NCBI GenBank assembly: GCA_950097015.1
Contig: CATNEN010000002.1
Span: forward strand, 5,766,001-5,830,000
Length of the DNA: 64,000 bases
Source: Macrostomum hystrix
Taxonomy: Eukaryota > Animalia > Platyhelminthes
Direction: 5' to 3'
A program made the position numbers and the translations under genes. The notes below the pieces were generated by a model. It saw only the letters and a list, made by a program, of their open reading frames with translations. It was not told where the DNA came from and did not search any database. Of the stretch, positions 25,001 through 36,232 are shown in pieces (the first letter of the stretch is position 1; every line of letters begins with the position of its first letter).

Positions 25001-28000
25001 TGCATTCTCCAGGACGACAACGCCCCGCCGCACCGAGCTGCCGCTGTGGCTCAGCTGAAGGAGCAACTGAACTTGCGAACTCTGAGGTGGCCATCGCGAT
25101 CACCTGACATAAATCCCATTGAGCATGTTTGGGATTTCATGAAACGCACCATCCAGCGTCAAGTGCCCCCGCCCCAGAATCTTGCGGAGCTACGCCAGGC
25201 GATGACCGATGCATGGCAGCAGCTACCTCAGAATTTCTTGCGGCGCCTAATTTTGGGAATGCCACGCCGAGTTTCCACTCTGTTTGAGGTTCATGGTTGC
25301 TATTGACAGTTTTGTAAGAGTTCTCAAATTAAGTTCGGCTTGTACTAGCAACATTTGTTATTTAATAACATCCCCGAATTTCCATGCTACTGTCAGGTAG
25401 TTTGACTCTCTTTCGTTTCTCTGGTTACGGAGTCGGGGTGGGTGAGCAGAGTGCATTGCGTCATTCGCGGTTTTTCACCTCTCTCTCAGGTGCACATTGC
25501 GTCATTTGTGGTAGTGAGTTGAGATGAATCGTTTCCCTCGCCCTAGGGTGGCGGTTTTTAATGTTGCTGAGTGTAAATATTGGCTGTAAATTTTTAAACA
25601 GAACTTTGCTTCATAAAATAATCTGGCATAAAATTGTAAAAGAAACTTGTTCCCTAGAGTCGAACGCTGAAACTAGAATAAAAAATCTAAAAATTAATGC
25701 TTCTACCTCTTATGCATTAATTAGCAGAATAATATAGGCCTTACCTATTCAGTGTGAACGAATGATCTGGTGAGCCACTGTGATTAGAAATGAGATTTTT
25801 GTGTTTATTTTCTTTGCGTTTCTTACGCAGCGGAGTTAATTTCCCTTTTTTCTTTACTAGTTTTTTTCCAATCAATAGATATTGAGGCTGTTATCAAATA
25901 TCCTAATCTACTAGTTGTTTTTTCATCTCTAGATCTATCGGCTGTTTATCCCATCCCCATCTCTAGTTCTAACTGCTGTTTATCCCATCTCTAGATCTAA
26001 CTGCTGTTTATCCCATCTCTAGATCTAACTGCTGTTCATCCGATCTCTAGATCTATCGGCTGTTCATCCCATCTCTATATCTATCGGCTGTTTATCCCAT
26101 CTCTAGATCTATCGGCAGTTCATCCCATCTCTAGATCTATCAGTTGTTAATCCTTTCTCTAGATCTATTGGCTTTTTATGACATCTCAAGATCTATCGGC
26201 TGTTTATCCCAACTCTTGATCTATCGGCTGTTTATCCCATCTATAGATCCATCGGCTGTTTATCCTATCTCTAGATCTATCGACTGTTCATCCCATCTCT
26301 AGATCCATCGGCTGTTTATCCTATCTCTAGATCTATCGAATGTTTATCCCATCTATAGATCTAACTGCTGTTTATCCCATCTCTAGATCTAACTGCTGTT
26401 CATCCGATCTCTAGATCTATTGGCTGTTCATCCCATCTCTAGATCTATCGGCTGTTCATCTCATCTCTAGATCTATCGGCTGTTCATCTCATCTCTAGAT
26501 CTATCGGCTGTTCATCCGATTTCTAGATCTATTGGCTTTTTATGACATCTTTAGATATATCGGCCTTTTATCTTATCTCTAGATCTATCGGCTGTTCATC
26601 TAATATTAAGATCTGTAGGTTGAGTTATTTATCCCACTTCTGTTATCCCATCCGTAGATATAATTATTTAAATTCCGAAATGGCTTCGTTACAACGATAA
26701 GCTATCGTGCAGTACGCATAAAATACACTCTAAACCAGATCTAGGCTAAATCTCAGACCAAGACAGCACTAGAAAAAATGTAAAGAAAAACATGCCTTAT
26801 GTGTTAGCCCACACACAAGTCAGGGTCGACAGACACTTGTTGAACGCGGTTCTTCACGCGATCAGCGTGCCCAATGCCGAAAATTATTGCGAGAAAACGA
26901 CACAGTTTTGGGGCAGCAACTGTACTAAGCAATGAAAAGCAATTATTATAAAAGCATAACACTTCAGGCATGAGAAAATGCTAAAAAAGCTCGTTACTTG
27001 TTTAGATTAAAATTCCTTTTTCATTTGGTTTTGTTTGGTCTAGACTAGAATCAACTGCTGGTTGGACTTTGTTGGACTTAAAATTTGAACTATTCCACTA
27101 CCTTCGTGATTTTGTAGGATTTTAATTACTAGTCTACCCTAACTTTAGGGATAATAATAGAATTAATATTTACTGGCTCAGTCTCACAGGTGTGAATATC
27201 CGATGGCCCATTAAAGACGTGATTTCCACTAAAAGTGACCAAGCCTTCTTTGTGTCGCTGCGCCCCATTTTAATGTGGCCTCGCCGCGGAATCGAGAGGC
27301 AAAACTATTAGACCGTTGTGGCACTCGCTACCACACTACTCTGCCTAACTTTTGCAGGCATATAAACAATATAAGACTCTATACCACTTCCCATAGCGTT
27401 GTCAATGACGCAACCGACCAAGGCAAAACTAACAATTACATGACAATGATAGGAAATACAAACACGCAAATGTAAGCATTTCCATATCACTTGCTCCTTA
27501 TCTCGAGGCAGTAATTGATATGCTAACAAGAGACATAAGCCAAAATATTGTTATAACACTTTAGTGTGCGAAATAGCAGTAATGTTTTCTACTGAGCAAA
27601 TGGCTTAAAGTAACTTTGCACTGACGAGAAATAGCAGTAATGTGTTCTACTGAGCAAATGGCTTAAAGTAACTTTGCACTGACGAGAAATAGCAGTAATG
27701 TGTTCTACTGAGCAAATGGCTTAAAGTAACTTTGCACTGACGAGAAATAGCAGTAATGTGTTCTACTGAGCAAATGGCTTAAAGTAGCTTTGCACTGACG
27801 AGAAAATAGCAGTAATGTGTTCTACTGAGCAAATGGCTTAAAGTAACTTTGCACTGACGAGAAATAGCAGTAATGTGTTCTACTGAGCAAATGGCTTAAA
27901 GTAACTTTGCACTGACGAGAAATAGCAGTAATGTGTTCTACTGAGCAAATGGCTTAAAGTAGCTTTGCACTGACGAGAAATAGCAGTAATGTGTTCTACT

Positions 28001-30599
28001 GAGCAAATGGCTTAAAGTAACTTTGCACTGACGAGAAATAGCAGTAATGTGTTCTACTGAGCAAATGGCTTAAAGTAGCTTTGCACTGACGAGAAATAGC
28101 AGTAATGTGTTCTACTGAGCAAATGGCTTAAAGTAACTTTGCACTGACGAGAAATAGCAGTAATGTGTTCTACTGAGCAAATGGCTTAAAGTAGCTTTGC
28201 ACTGACGAGAAATAGCAGTAATGTGTTCTACTGAGCAAATGGCTTAAAGTAACTTTGCACTGACGAGAAATAGCAGTAATGTGTTCTACTGAGCAAATGG
28301 CTTAAAGTAACTTTGCACTAACGAGAAATAGCAGTAATGTGTTCTACTGAGCAAATGGCTTAAAGTAACTTTGCACTGACGAGAAAATGACATCAATCAT
28401 AAATAGAAGTTTGGTACAGACTGTCTGCTATCTGTCTGCCTCTAGAATTAAAACTGTAATCTCTACAGACAAGTCAGGGGTAGTAATCACGTAGACAATT
28501 GATTCTAATTGAAATTGGCAATTGGCAATGACAAGACAGATGCAAACACAATGTCACTCACTCTATGTAGAACACGCCGTACTTTGGATCAACGACTTTC
28601 TCCCAACCTTCGGGCAACAGTTCGTCATCTCCTCCGCCTCCGATTGTCACAGTCGCTGCTGCTGTTGCTGTGCCATTCTTTCCTCCGCCATTGTTGACTG
28701 CGCTAGAACTATTCGCTGCCTCAACTGCTTCGCTGCTAGACTGGGATCTCAATCGACGCAAAGAAGTATCAGCTAGGCTGACATTGCTGACGTCCTCGAA
28801 GACGCTGCTGCCGCGAAATAAACCAGTAGCTTCGGGCGATGGCTTCGGCGTGCCGTACCTATGAATTGTTGGGTAGGCTTCTAGTGGGAATGATGGCAGA
28901 ATATCTGATATTTGGGATAAATCAGGTTAAAGGGAGAATATCTGCTCTTAGGGATAAATCTGGTGAATGGGAAAATATCTGCTCTTAGGGATAAATCTGG
29001 TGAATGGGAAAATATCTGCTCTTAGGGATAGATATGGTGAATGGGAAAATATCTGCTCTTAGGGATAGATGTAGTGAATTTGAGAATATCTGCTCTTAGG
29101 GATAGATATGGTGAATGGGAGAATATCTGCTCTTAGGGATAGATGTAGTGAATTGGAGAATATCTGCTCTTAGGGATAGATATGGTGAATTGGAGAATAT
29201 CTGCTCTTAGGGATAGATAGGGTGAATGGGAGAATATCTGCTCTTAGGGATAGATATGGTGAATGGGAGAATATCTGCTCTTAGGGATAGATATGGTGAA
29301 TGGGAGAATATCTGCTCCTAGGGATAGATAGGGTGAATGGGAGAATATCTGCTCCTAGGGATAGATAGGGTGAATGGGAGAATATCTGCTCTTAGGGATA
29401 GATATGGTGAATGGGAGAATATCTGCTCTTAGGGATAGATAGGGTGAATGGGAGAATATCTGCTCCTAGGGATAGATATGGTGAATCGGAGAATATCTGC
29501 TCCTAGGGATAGATATGGTGAATGGGAGAATATCTGCTCCTAGGGATAGATATGGTGAATGGGAGAATATCTGCTCCTAGGGATAGATAGGGCGAATGGG
29601 AAAATATCTGCTCTTAGGGATAGATATGGTGAATGGGAGAATATCTGCTCTTAGGGATAGATATGGTGAATGGGAGAATATCTGCTCTTAGGAATAGATG
29701 GGAGAATAGATGGTGAATGGGAGAAGATCTGCTCTTATGGAAAAATACCTGCTCCTGGGGATAAACCTGGTTATTGAGAGAATACCTGCTCTTGGGGTCC
29801 AGGATAAATCTGGTAAAAGGGAGAATACCTGCTCTTGGGTATAAATCTGGTTTATGGGGAATTCTATTCTAGGGAATTAGCGAGACTAACATGTAAATAT
29901 GCTTTTTATTAGGATGTAAGAATACCACTTAAAGGGGATAATTATTGCTTATTTAATAATACTTTTGACAATCATAAACGGCCATAAAAGTTAGCAAAGG
30001 AAGCACTGAATACAGAATCTCCAAATCACCAACCTATTTCCTTCAAAGAGACCACTCTCAAGCAACTGGCCTGTTCGGTCCATTTCCAGGAACTGATCGA
30101 CACTGAGAAATCGATAATCCACTCCATCGACTTCTTGCTCCCTTCTAGGCCGGGTTGTGACAGGCACAGTTCTCAAATAGAGATTCTCCCTGATAGTATT
30201 CTGCAGAGTATAGTCGGCGCTTTCAACGCGAAATTTTGCACTTAAAAACTTCCTCAGGTCAGTCGGCAGCAAGCTGGCTAGAACAGTCTTGACCATTATT
30301 GGAGACCCATTTTTAGTCAGCTTCTCAACTAGCTCTTTGACATCCCTGAGCGTGAAGCCGCTAACTCGGTGTCCTTGAATTTCCAGTATGACACTATCTG
30401 GCAATAGATTGCCGTGCCATAGGACGCATTTCTTCTCGTCTACACTGTTCAATAGACAGAATTGGCCATTGTCAGCACCACCAGCTAGGTCCAACACTAG
30501 AAAACCATCAGTGATTTGAGCAGAAACTGTCACCTCGCGAATCTGAGTGCTCCAATGCTGCTGCTGCTTGTTGAAATTGTCTTCATTATTACGTCTCAT
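16029..30599 (-). CDS. MAGI: MAGI-family membrane-associated guanylate kinase, inverted (PDZ0, partial GuK, one WW, five further PDZ domains)
   Basis: Exons 30599-30034, 28858-28562, 23534-23413, 21934-21699, 20781-20296, 20145-19860, 19440-18878, 17907-17381, 16395-16029 join with consistent phases. GuK motif RTVPVTTRPRREQEVDGVDYRF...[49 protein letters not shown]; PDZ loops GLGITIVGG, GFGFTI, GLGIRILGG, GFGFVI, GFGFSIRGG. The 3' end could include a further exon. Confidence 0.9.
16430..17305. repeat. 20-bp intronic minisatellite (CTGAGGATGGAGTGACATAG)
   Basis: About 44 copies filling MAGI intron 16396-17380. Confidence 0.95.
18030..18810. repeat. 24-bp intronic minisatellite (GATAACTGTGATCCCATTGGA[G/C]TT)
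   Basis: Tandem copies filling MAGI intron 17908-18877; degenerate at the right edge. Confidence 0.95.
19495..19845. repeat. ~37-bp G-rich intronic minisatellite
   Basis: GACTAGGGGGTAAGAGAACCAGTGAGGTGGTGGGTGC-like units in MAGI intron 19441-19859. Confidence 0.85.
20954..21195 (+). mobile_element. tRNA-derived SINE family A (CORE-like central domain)
   Basis: A box TAGCTCAGTGGTTAG and B box GGTTCGATTCC, then TTTGTCTTTTAGCAAAGACACTTAA...CCCAGCTGTTAAATAGGTACC and a 3' CCAGTCCATGGACTGAACAG motif shared with other copies. Confidence 0.75.
21349..21655 (+). mobile_element. tRNA-derived SINE family B
   Basis: Head GGCAGAGTGGTTAACGCG...GAGCTCGATTCC and tail GTCTAGTGTCACTAAATGATGTGCCATTGCCCGCAGCCC; near-full-length inverted copies at 40291-40602 and 47368-47703. 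Confidence 0.8.
22020..22240 (+). mobile_element. SINE family A copy (degenerate)
   Basis: B box GAGTTCGAATCC, TGTGTCCATGACTAAAACACCTAA core and CCAGTCCACGGACTGAACAACTGTACAC tail. Confidence 0.6.
22850..23250. repeat. 46-bp intronic minisatellite
   Basis: CAAAATGACACTAGCACCTATCTAAATAATGGCATCAGTCGTTTTG, about 8 copies. Confidence 0.92.
24062..25573 (+). mobile_element. Tc1-family DNA transposon, defective, in a MAGI intron
   Basis: Imperfect TIRs of about 90 bp (TACTCAACAACATTAAAAACCGCCACCC vs the reverse complement CACTCAGCAACATTAAAAACCGCCACCC). TA follows the right end; GA precedes the left end. Confidence 0.9.
24278..25306 (+). pseudogene. Tc1 transposase (DD34E) with a premature stop
   Basis: The track ORFs 24278-24709 and 24812-25306 are the same frame split by TGA at 24707-24709. 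Paired-like HTH N-terminus, VFTDESRF, QDDNAPPH-x-SPDINPIE with 34 residues between D and E. The C-terminus (HGCY*) looks truncated. Confidence 0.88.
25905..26615. repeat. 28-bp intronic minisatellite (CTAGATCTATCGGCTGTTTATCCCATCT)
   Basis: Tandem copies with variants. Confidence 0.92.
27572..28385. repeat. 58-bp intronic minisatellite
   Basis: GAAATAGCAGTAATGTGTTCTACTGAGCAAATGGCTTAAAGTAACTTTGCACTGACGA, about 14 near-identical copies. Confidence 0.95.
28925..29870. repeat. 37-bp intronic minisatellite (GAGAATATCTGCTCTTAGGGATAGATATGGTGAATGG)
   Basis: Tandem copies with degenerate edges. Confidence 0.93.
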
Positions 30600-30877
30600 T
30601 GTTTTTGGTCAGACAAGATGGATTGACTCTTGTGCAATGGGGAAGGTCAATAGGACACAAAGCACACAGCCAATAGCAACGAGCGCTGGCCTTAAAAGGC
30701 GCAGCACAGCTAGAAAGAAATTTTTGTTGCCGGAGAATGTTCTCAAACTGTTATCCATGCAAAATGCAAAACTACTTATTAGACTTATTTTGAAAACAGT
30801 TTTTTCAGAAACTAACAGCTAATGGGAACACAAAAAGTAACCTTGCAAAAAGTAACAATCATTACCCAATTCTTAGT

Positions 30878-30998
30878 GTGCTCACAAGTCAGCGAAATGG
30901 GCAGAATTGCCTCCTTGCTGGCTCCAGCCTCCAGGTCTAGTGTCACTAAATGATGTGCCATTGCCTACAGCCTTCTTGTAATTATTATTATTATTATA
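30878..30998 (+). mobile_element. SINE family B 3' fragment with (ATT)n tail
   Basis: GTCAGCGAAATGGGCAGAATTGCCTCC...GTCTAGTGTCACTAAATGATGTGCCATTGCC followed by ATTATTATTATT. Confidence 0.7.
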
Positions 30999-31290
30999 CT
31001 TATGTATACAATTGAAAATATAGGCGTTTAGGCAAAAATATTGAGCTTGAAGAACAAATATAAATGACTATAGCTAAATGGGGCCAATGCCAATACTTAA
31101 ATATTCAATAATCTTAAGTCTTAACAAAAACACTTGTCATGCTGATACTACATTTAGAAGCTATGTAGTGTCAATGTCAGCATAATATTATTATTAGTTA
31201 TGCTAATATTAACTAATTTATAAATGTGAGCAAATATATCATATGTTTAATTTTACTTTGCCTGAACATATAGGGGCCTATATAAAACTC

Positions 31291-31762
31291 GGCAATGTTC
31301 TACTTCTGTTCGTTATATTATTTTTTTGTTTGCAAATGACAGATAACGACAAAAAAACAAGTTTAATGGTAACAAAAAGTCATAGTTTGGTCAGACAGTT
31401 CTGAAAAGTCTTGGTCAGTCTTTCTTCTTTCAAACCGGGTAAGTGCCTAATCCAGTAGAGGAGGCGACCGAAGCTATTCTTGGGGTATAGACAGCGCCAT
31501 AAGAATTCTTCGAGGTGGCTTTCGAATAGAGCAGCACTCGTGCCATGCATTTGACGCAGCTTGGCCTTCGCAAAATCTTCAGCTGCAGAATTCTGTGCCT
31601 TAGCTTCCTATTTCCCCATATTTGCCAGATTTTGCCATAGACATAGATCCAAGTGTCAAGTCACGGCAAAGCCACGTCAGCACAACTTTTCAAACTCAGA
31701 ATGCACGTGTGGCACGAATTCAAACGAAAAAATAATATAATGAACGGAAGTAGAATATTGCC
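31291..31762 (-). mobile_element. Merlin (ISXO2/IS1595-like) deletion derivative
   Basis: TIRs of about 45 bp starting GGCAAT, exact 8-bp TSD TAAAACTC (31283-31290, 31763-31770). The minus strand at about 31430-31600 encodes AKAKLRQMHGTSAALFESHLEEFLWR..FGRLLYWIRHL, which resembles a Merlin/ISXO2 transposase C-terminus. Confidence 0.82.
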
Positions 31763-33055
31763 TAAAACTCCATATGTAAAATCATACATGCAGAAAAATG
31801 TTGATTATGTATCCAAAGATTATAGGTTAGGACTAACAATAAGCCATGGCTCAAACCAAGAAGTAGGCCTATATAGTATGTTAAACAAACAAACAAAGGC
31901 AGTGGCTTGAGATCTGGGACTAGTAGACCTCAATGTTAAAGAGCTAGAGATCCAACAATGGCAGACCCGACCCGACATGGAATGGCTAGAGATCTAGCAG
32001 TATGTATTTACTGCACCTATACTGTACACGAATTGAAATGAGAGCTTCTGGTTCTTAGGCCCTAAACAAGAAACTGCAAGCAGAAGCAGTGTCGTTATAA
32101 TGGAGTAAGCCTTTTGAATAGGTCTAACATACTTATGTATATATGATTTTAGAACCAGAAAACACAGAAGGCAAGTTTTGTGGTCGGTATTCTATACATA
32201 TCGACAAAAAACTTTTGTGCAACTTTAAAACATTTAAACTGTGGGGAAATAACTACGCATCGGTTTGACTCGTTTTTAAAATAAGTTATAGGGGCTAATC
32301 TTGACTTAAAGAAGCTTAAATTTTGACGGCAGATTTCCGCAAAAAATATATATGTAGGGCTCGATCCCAGGACCCTCGCCCTGGCAGCCCCATGCTGCCG
32401 AATCTCTAACAGTTTGACATTGGGACCGTTGATGGATGGATTGATTTGTGGCTCCACAACCTTAAAAGATCTGTCTATATTACCGTACATTTAAACGTGC
32501 GCAAAAAAAAATTGCAAGGTAAAAAAACAAAAAACACCGATTTTTTCGCTACATATATGGCCTACACGTGTAAAAAGCGTATTGAACTTTGTGATCTTAT
32601 AAAACATTAAATGAATTAAAATTGCTTAAAGCATAGTTGTTTTAACTTTTGTCAGTTTAAAGCACGTGTTTAAACATAAAAAATTCAACAGGACAAATAT
32701 TTTAAAAGTCACCAATTGTGTGTGTTTTGCTTTAAGTGATGTCTTTCAGCTTATAGTAGACATATAATAATTATACTATGCTTAATGGTAATTATGAATC
32801 AGTGTGGTCCTAAAACACATTTCTACATATTCGATTTTTTCTCATAATTGCTTTTTGTTGTTTGTTTTTGTAAAAAATATACTTAAAGTAGGCCTAGTAG
32901 GCTAAATAAGCAATCACTGCATATGTAACTAAATAAAGTTGGTACTCAAGATTAAGACAAAAAACCTTGGTTCAAAAAAAGAATCAGCCAAGTGCAAGGA
33001 TGTGGATCCTTAGCTTTAAGCCTATAACATTTAACAAATTAAAGCTTATTATGTT

Positions 33056-33896
33056 GGAAGTGCTTATTCCCATGGTCCCATGCCGATAATTTCAATTTTA
33101 ACCACACAGATCAGTGCCGATAATTTTCTGCTTATCCACACGGCAGCTTGTATGAATAGGTCTACTTTCAAGTCCCTACCTATTCTTCTCTGAGCATAAG
33201 GATTTTGCTTCAGAGTATAGTGTATAGTGTACACTATCAATGCATAGTGTAAAATAATAACAATGGTGTATAATATGTGTGACGAGTTTGGTGCTGACTA
33301 GAATTCTGCTGGTTGACTCGTATGATTTTCTTTGATTGAATTCTTACTTTCTAAGTCAATACAATTCAAATGAAAACATGTTATGATGATTGAGGTTGAG
33401 TTGAGTTGAGGTTGTAGCCTAGTGGTTAGGGTGTCAGACTCACGACTTGAAGGTCGGGGGTTCGATTCCCAACTCCACTCGAAAAATTTGTGTCTTTTAG
33501 CAAGACACTTAATAAATTATAAATTATATTATAAATTAATTACGTAATGATGACAAAAGATTTAGTAAGTTGTTATTACAAAAATTAAAAAGGATGACAC
33601 TAATGTCAATTAATGAATGTGTAGGTCAAAATGTAGAACACTGTCGTAACACACTGGGAACTTTGTCAATCTATTGGCTTGAGGGTTCAGCAAAACGTTC
33701 AAACCCAAAAGGGCCTTGTTTCAAAGAACAGAACAGCGTGGATAAAATTGAAATTAATGGCATGGCATAGGCCTATATAAAGAGTTTTAGACCTATTCAT
33801 ACAAGCTGTCATGTGGATAAGCAGAAAATTATCGGCACAGCTCTGTGTGGATAAAATTGAAATTATTGGCACAGGACTGTGGGAATAAGCTCTGCC
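33056..33896. mobile_element. Non-autonomous TIR element (Merlin- or Mutator-like MITE) with a nested SINE head
   Basis: TIRs of about 108 bp (33056-33164, 33788-33896) starting GG(A/C)AG(T/A)GCTTATTCCCA; 9-bp TSD TATTATGTT (33047-33055, 33897-33905). Confidence 0.8.
33411..33512 (+). mobile_element. SINE family A head, 3'-truncated, nested in a MITE
   Basis: TAGCCTAGTGGTTAGG...GGTTCGATTCC...TTTGTGTCTTTTAGCAAGACACTTAA, matching 20954-21060. Confidence 0.7.
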
Positions 33897-34082
33897 TATT
33901 ATGTTACTACTTAACTGTAAAATGTAATAAATACTCAGTATTTTAGTCATTTTGAATTTTTTTGAAGAGCAATTTTTTATCTCAATTACAGTAAGACAGA
34001 ACAGAACTTGTAATGGTATTCCATTGGTTTACAATCCCTGATATTAGTTAGGATCACCATAGCCACAGGAAAGAGATAATAT

Positions 34083-34564
34083 GGCAGTTGTTATTTGTCT
34101 GGTTAACCAGACAAATAGCCGTTTGATTATTTGTCCGGTTAGTGATTTTATTGTTAATTTTAGATTTCATACCAAATGTCTGCATTAGAAGGAAGGCACC
34201 AAACTATGCATGTCGGAAGAGATCTTACCTTTAAGCCAAATTGTTTATATCTAACCAATGTCTGTTTGATTTGTATTTTTATCCAACTAAAGAGTAACCT
34301 AAGTTCCTTTGAAGTGTGAAGTTGTAGCGACTCATTCAAATACTTCTACAAAGTCTACTGTTCACCAGTGAAGGACAATACCCGGAAAAACAGCGAGGAC
34401 CACAATTTCAACTCCTTGATAGGCTTTCCTCTTGAGTGATTACCTAAGTTATAAGGGGTTGTAGCGCTACCACGAGAACCTCTATCATTTGTAAGATAAA
34501 ATAATTAACCGGACAAATATTCAAACGGCTATTTGTCCGGTTAACCTGACAAATAACAACTACC
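34083..34564. mobile_element. Non-autonomous TIR element (Merlin- or Mutator-like MITE)
   Basis: TIRs of about 60 bp, GG(C/T)AGTTGTTATTTGTC.GGTTAACC.GACAAATAGCCGTTTGA, each internally palindromic. Flanks AGATAATAT / AAATAATAT match at 8 of 9 positions (probable TSD). Confidence 0.72.
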
Positions 34565-34985
34565 AAATAATATAGTGAAATGGTGTTTTTAATCATATTC
34601 CAAAACAGCAGTCAAAAGTATTTTGAATCATATTTGTGTTCAAATGGTCACATGTGAACTCAATCTAAAGTGATACAAAGGTTTTTTAATCAAACACATA
34701 TATCCACCTTATTTTGTTATCATTTAAATAGCAGAAATATATGTAAATTTTTGTGAAATGAAAGTAGGGGAATTTAACTTAAGTGTTTCAATAAATGGTC
34801 TACAGAACTTTTTGTATAAAAAACATCCTATATATTCACTTTGGTTTATGATCATTTAAATGACTGAAATACATGTATATGATTAAAACCAAAGATATGT
34901 TTTTTGTGTGTTACTTCAAAGCATGTATAAAATCACTACCTTAATACACACAACCTTTGGTTTACAACCATTAAAATGACAAAAA

Positions 34986-35250
34986 TCTATATATATAAAA
35001 GTGAAAACTCTGTCTGTCTGTCTGTGTGTGTGTGTGTGTGTGTGTGCAACCTTTTGTCTTTATAGACGCCGAAACCGCTCAACCAAATCGCACCAAACTT
35101 TGCACATACCTAAAACCACCTACGCTGAGTGCAATAGGCTACTCAAATTCCCGAAAAATCATTTCCTTCCTGCTCAAAAGTGCAAAAAACTGCTCAAAAA
35201 TCGTCAAAAAATCACTCAATTCGACATATCGTCGCCCCAAGTATTTTTAT
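34986..35250 (+). mobile_element. Helitron-like 5' end
   Basis: A^TCTATATATATAAAAG followed by (CTGT)n/(GT)n and AACCGCTCAACCAAAT..CCAAACTTTG, the usual layout of non-autonomous Helitron 5' termini. No CTRR 3' end with hairpin was found. Confidence 0.45.
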
Positions 35251-36232
35251 AATCAGTTTATAAAAATCTTGGCTATTTGTCCATTTTACAAATACAAATG
35301 CAATTTCAAACAGTCAATTGATTTGATAGCTGTAAAATGCAGATAAAATATTCTAAAATGGTTAGGTAAGTGCATGGCAAATTTATTTGTTTTGAAGAAA
35401 AAAATGCAGATAAAAAACAATGATTGTGTTATTAAGATATCACACCAAGCAAACAAGTTAAATTAATTTGGCTTTTGACAAAAATCCTAAGAGAAGTGTA
35501 ATAAAAATGTAAAAAATGTATTTAAAATTTATTTATAAAAAAACACGAATAGACAAGAATAGCAGCAACAACAAAAATATAGACAATTTTTTAATACTAG
35601 ACATTAACCTCAATGCTTTGGCTTTAGGCACAATGTAACTATAGGAAAGTGTTATAATAAAAAGCATTATTTTTATGAAATGTGTAATAATGGCAATTGG
35701 TTTTCAGTAAAATAAAAATAAAAAATTAAAATAATGTGTTTAACAGAATGTAATGTCCTCTAACTTGACTACCATTTCGGAAGTAATCTAAAGAACTTGT
35801 GGACACCCCACTCTATTAGCTATGCAGATGTACTGTTAACTTTGATTAGCATACTTTGGGGATTATTACAGGATTTTATGTCATTGACAAAGGCCATAGG
35901 GTCATATCTATGCCTGTATGCCAAGGCCAAAATAGCCAGGGGTAAAAAATCCAGGGGAAATGTTTGCCATTTCAATGTTTGAAGTAGTAATAAATCAGGA
36001 CAATATATAGCCTTCTGTGTTATATTAATATCTAAAATCCTAACAAGTTAAGTTGAAAAAGAAATGTATATAAATAGATAAAAGTAGAGTTTTGTTAAAG
36101 CTGTATTATTTAAACAATTTTTATCTGAAGCAACAAAAAAAGCACTACATCAAAGTGCGAATATGCTCATAATACCGATAATTGACTTGGAAACATAAAT
36201 TTTTGCAGCCAGCGGCAAAAAACTCCCAGGCA

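Noticed and set aside
27572-28385. 58-bp array with CTGACGA directly followed by GAAA (hammerhead-like cores); also CRISPR-like by period
   Set aside because: There is no stem II between the cores and no helix III/UH. The units are near-identical with no unique spacers and there are no cas genes, so it is neither a ribozyme nor a CRISPR array.
32149-32490. 113-aa minus-strand ORF in the MAGI-hnRNP intergenic region
   Set aside because: AT-rich codon usage unlike the host exons, no motif and no paired terminal repeats found.
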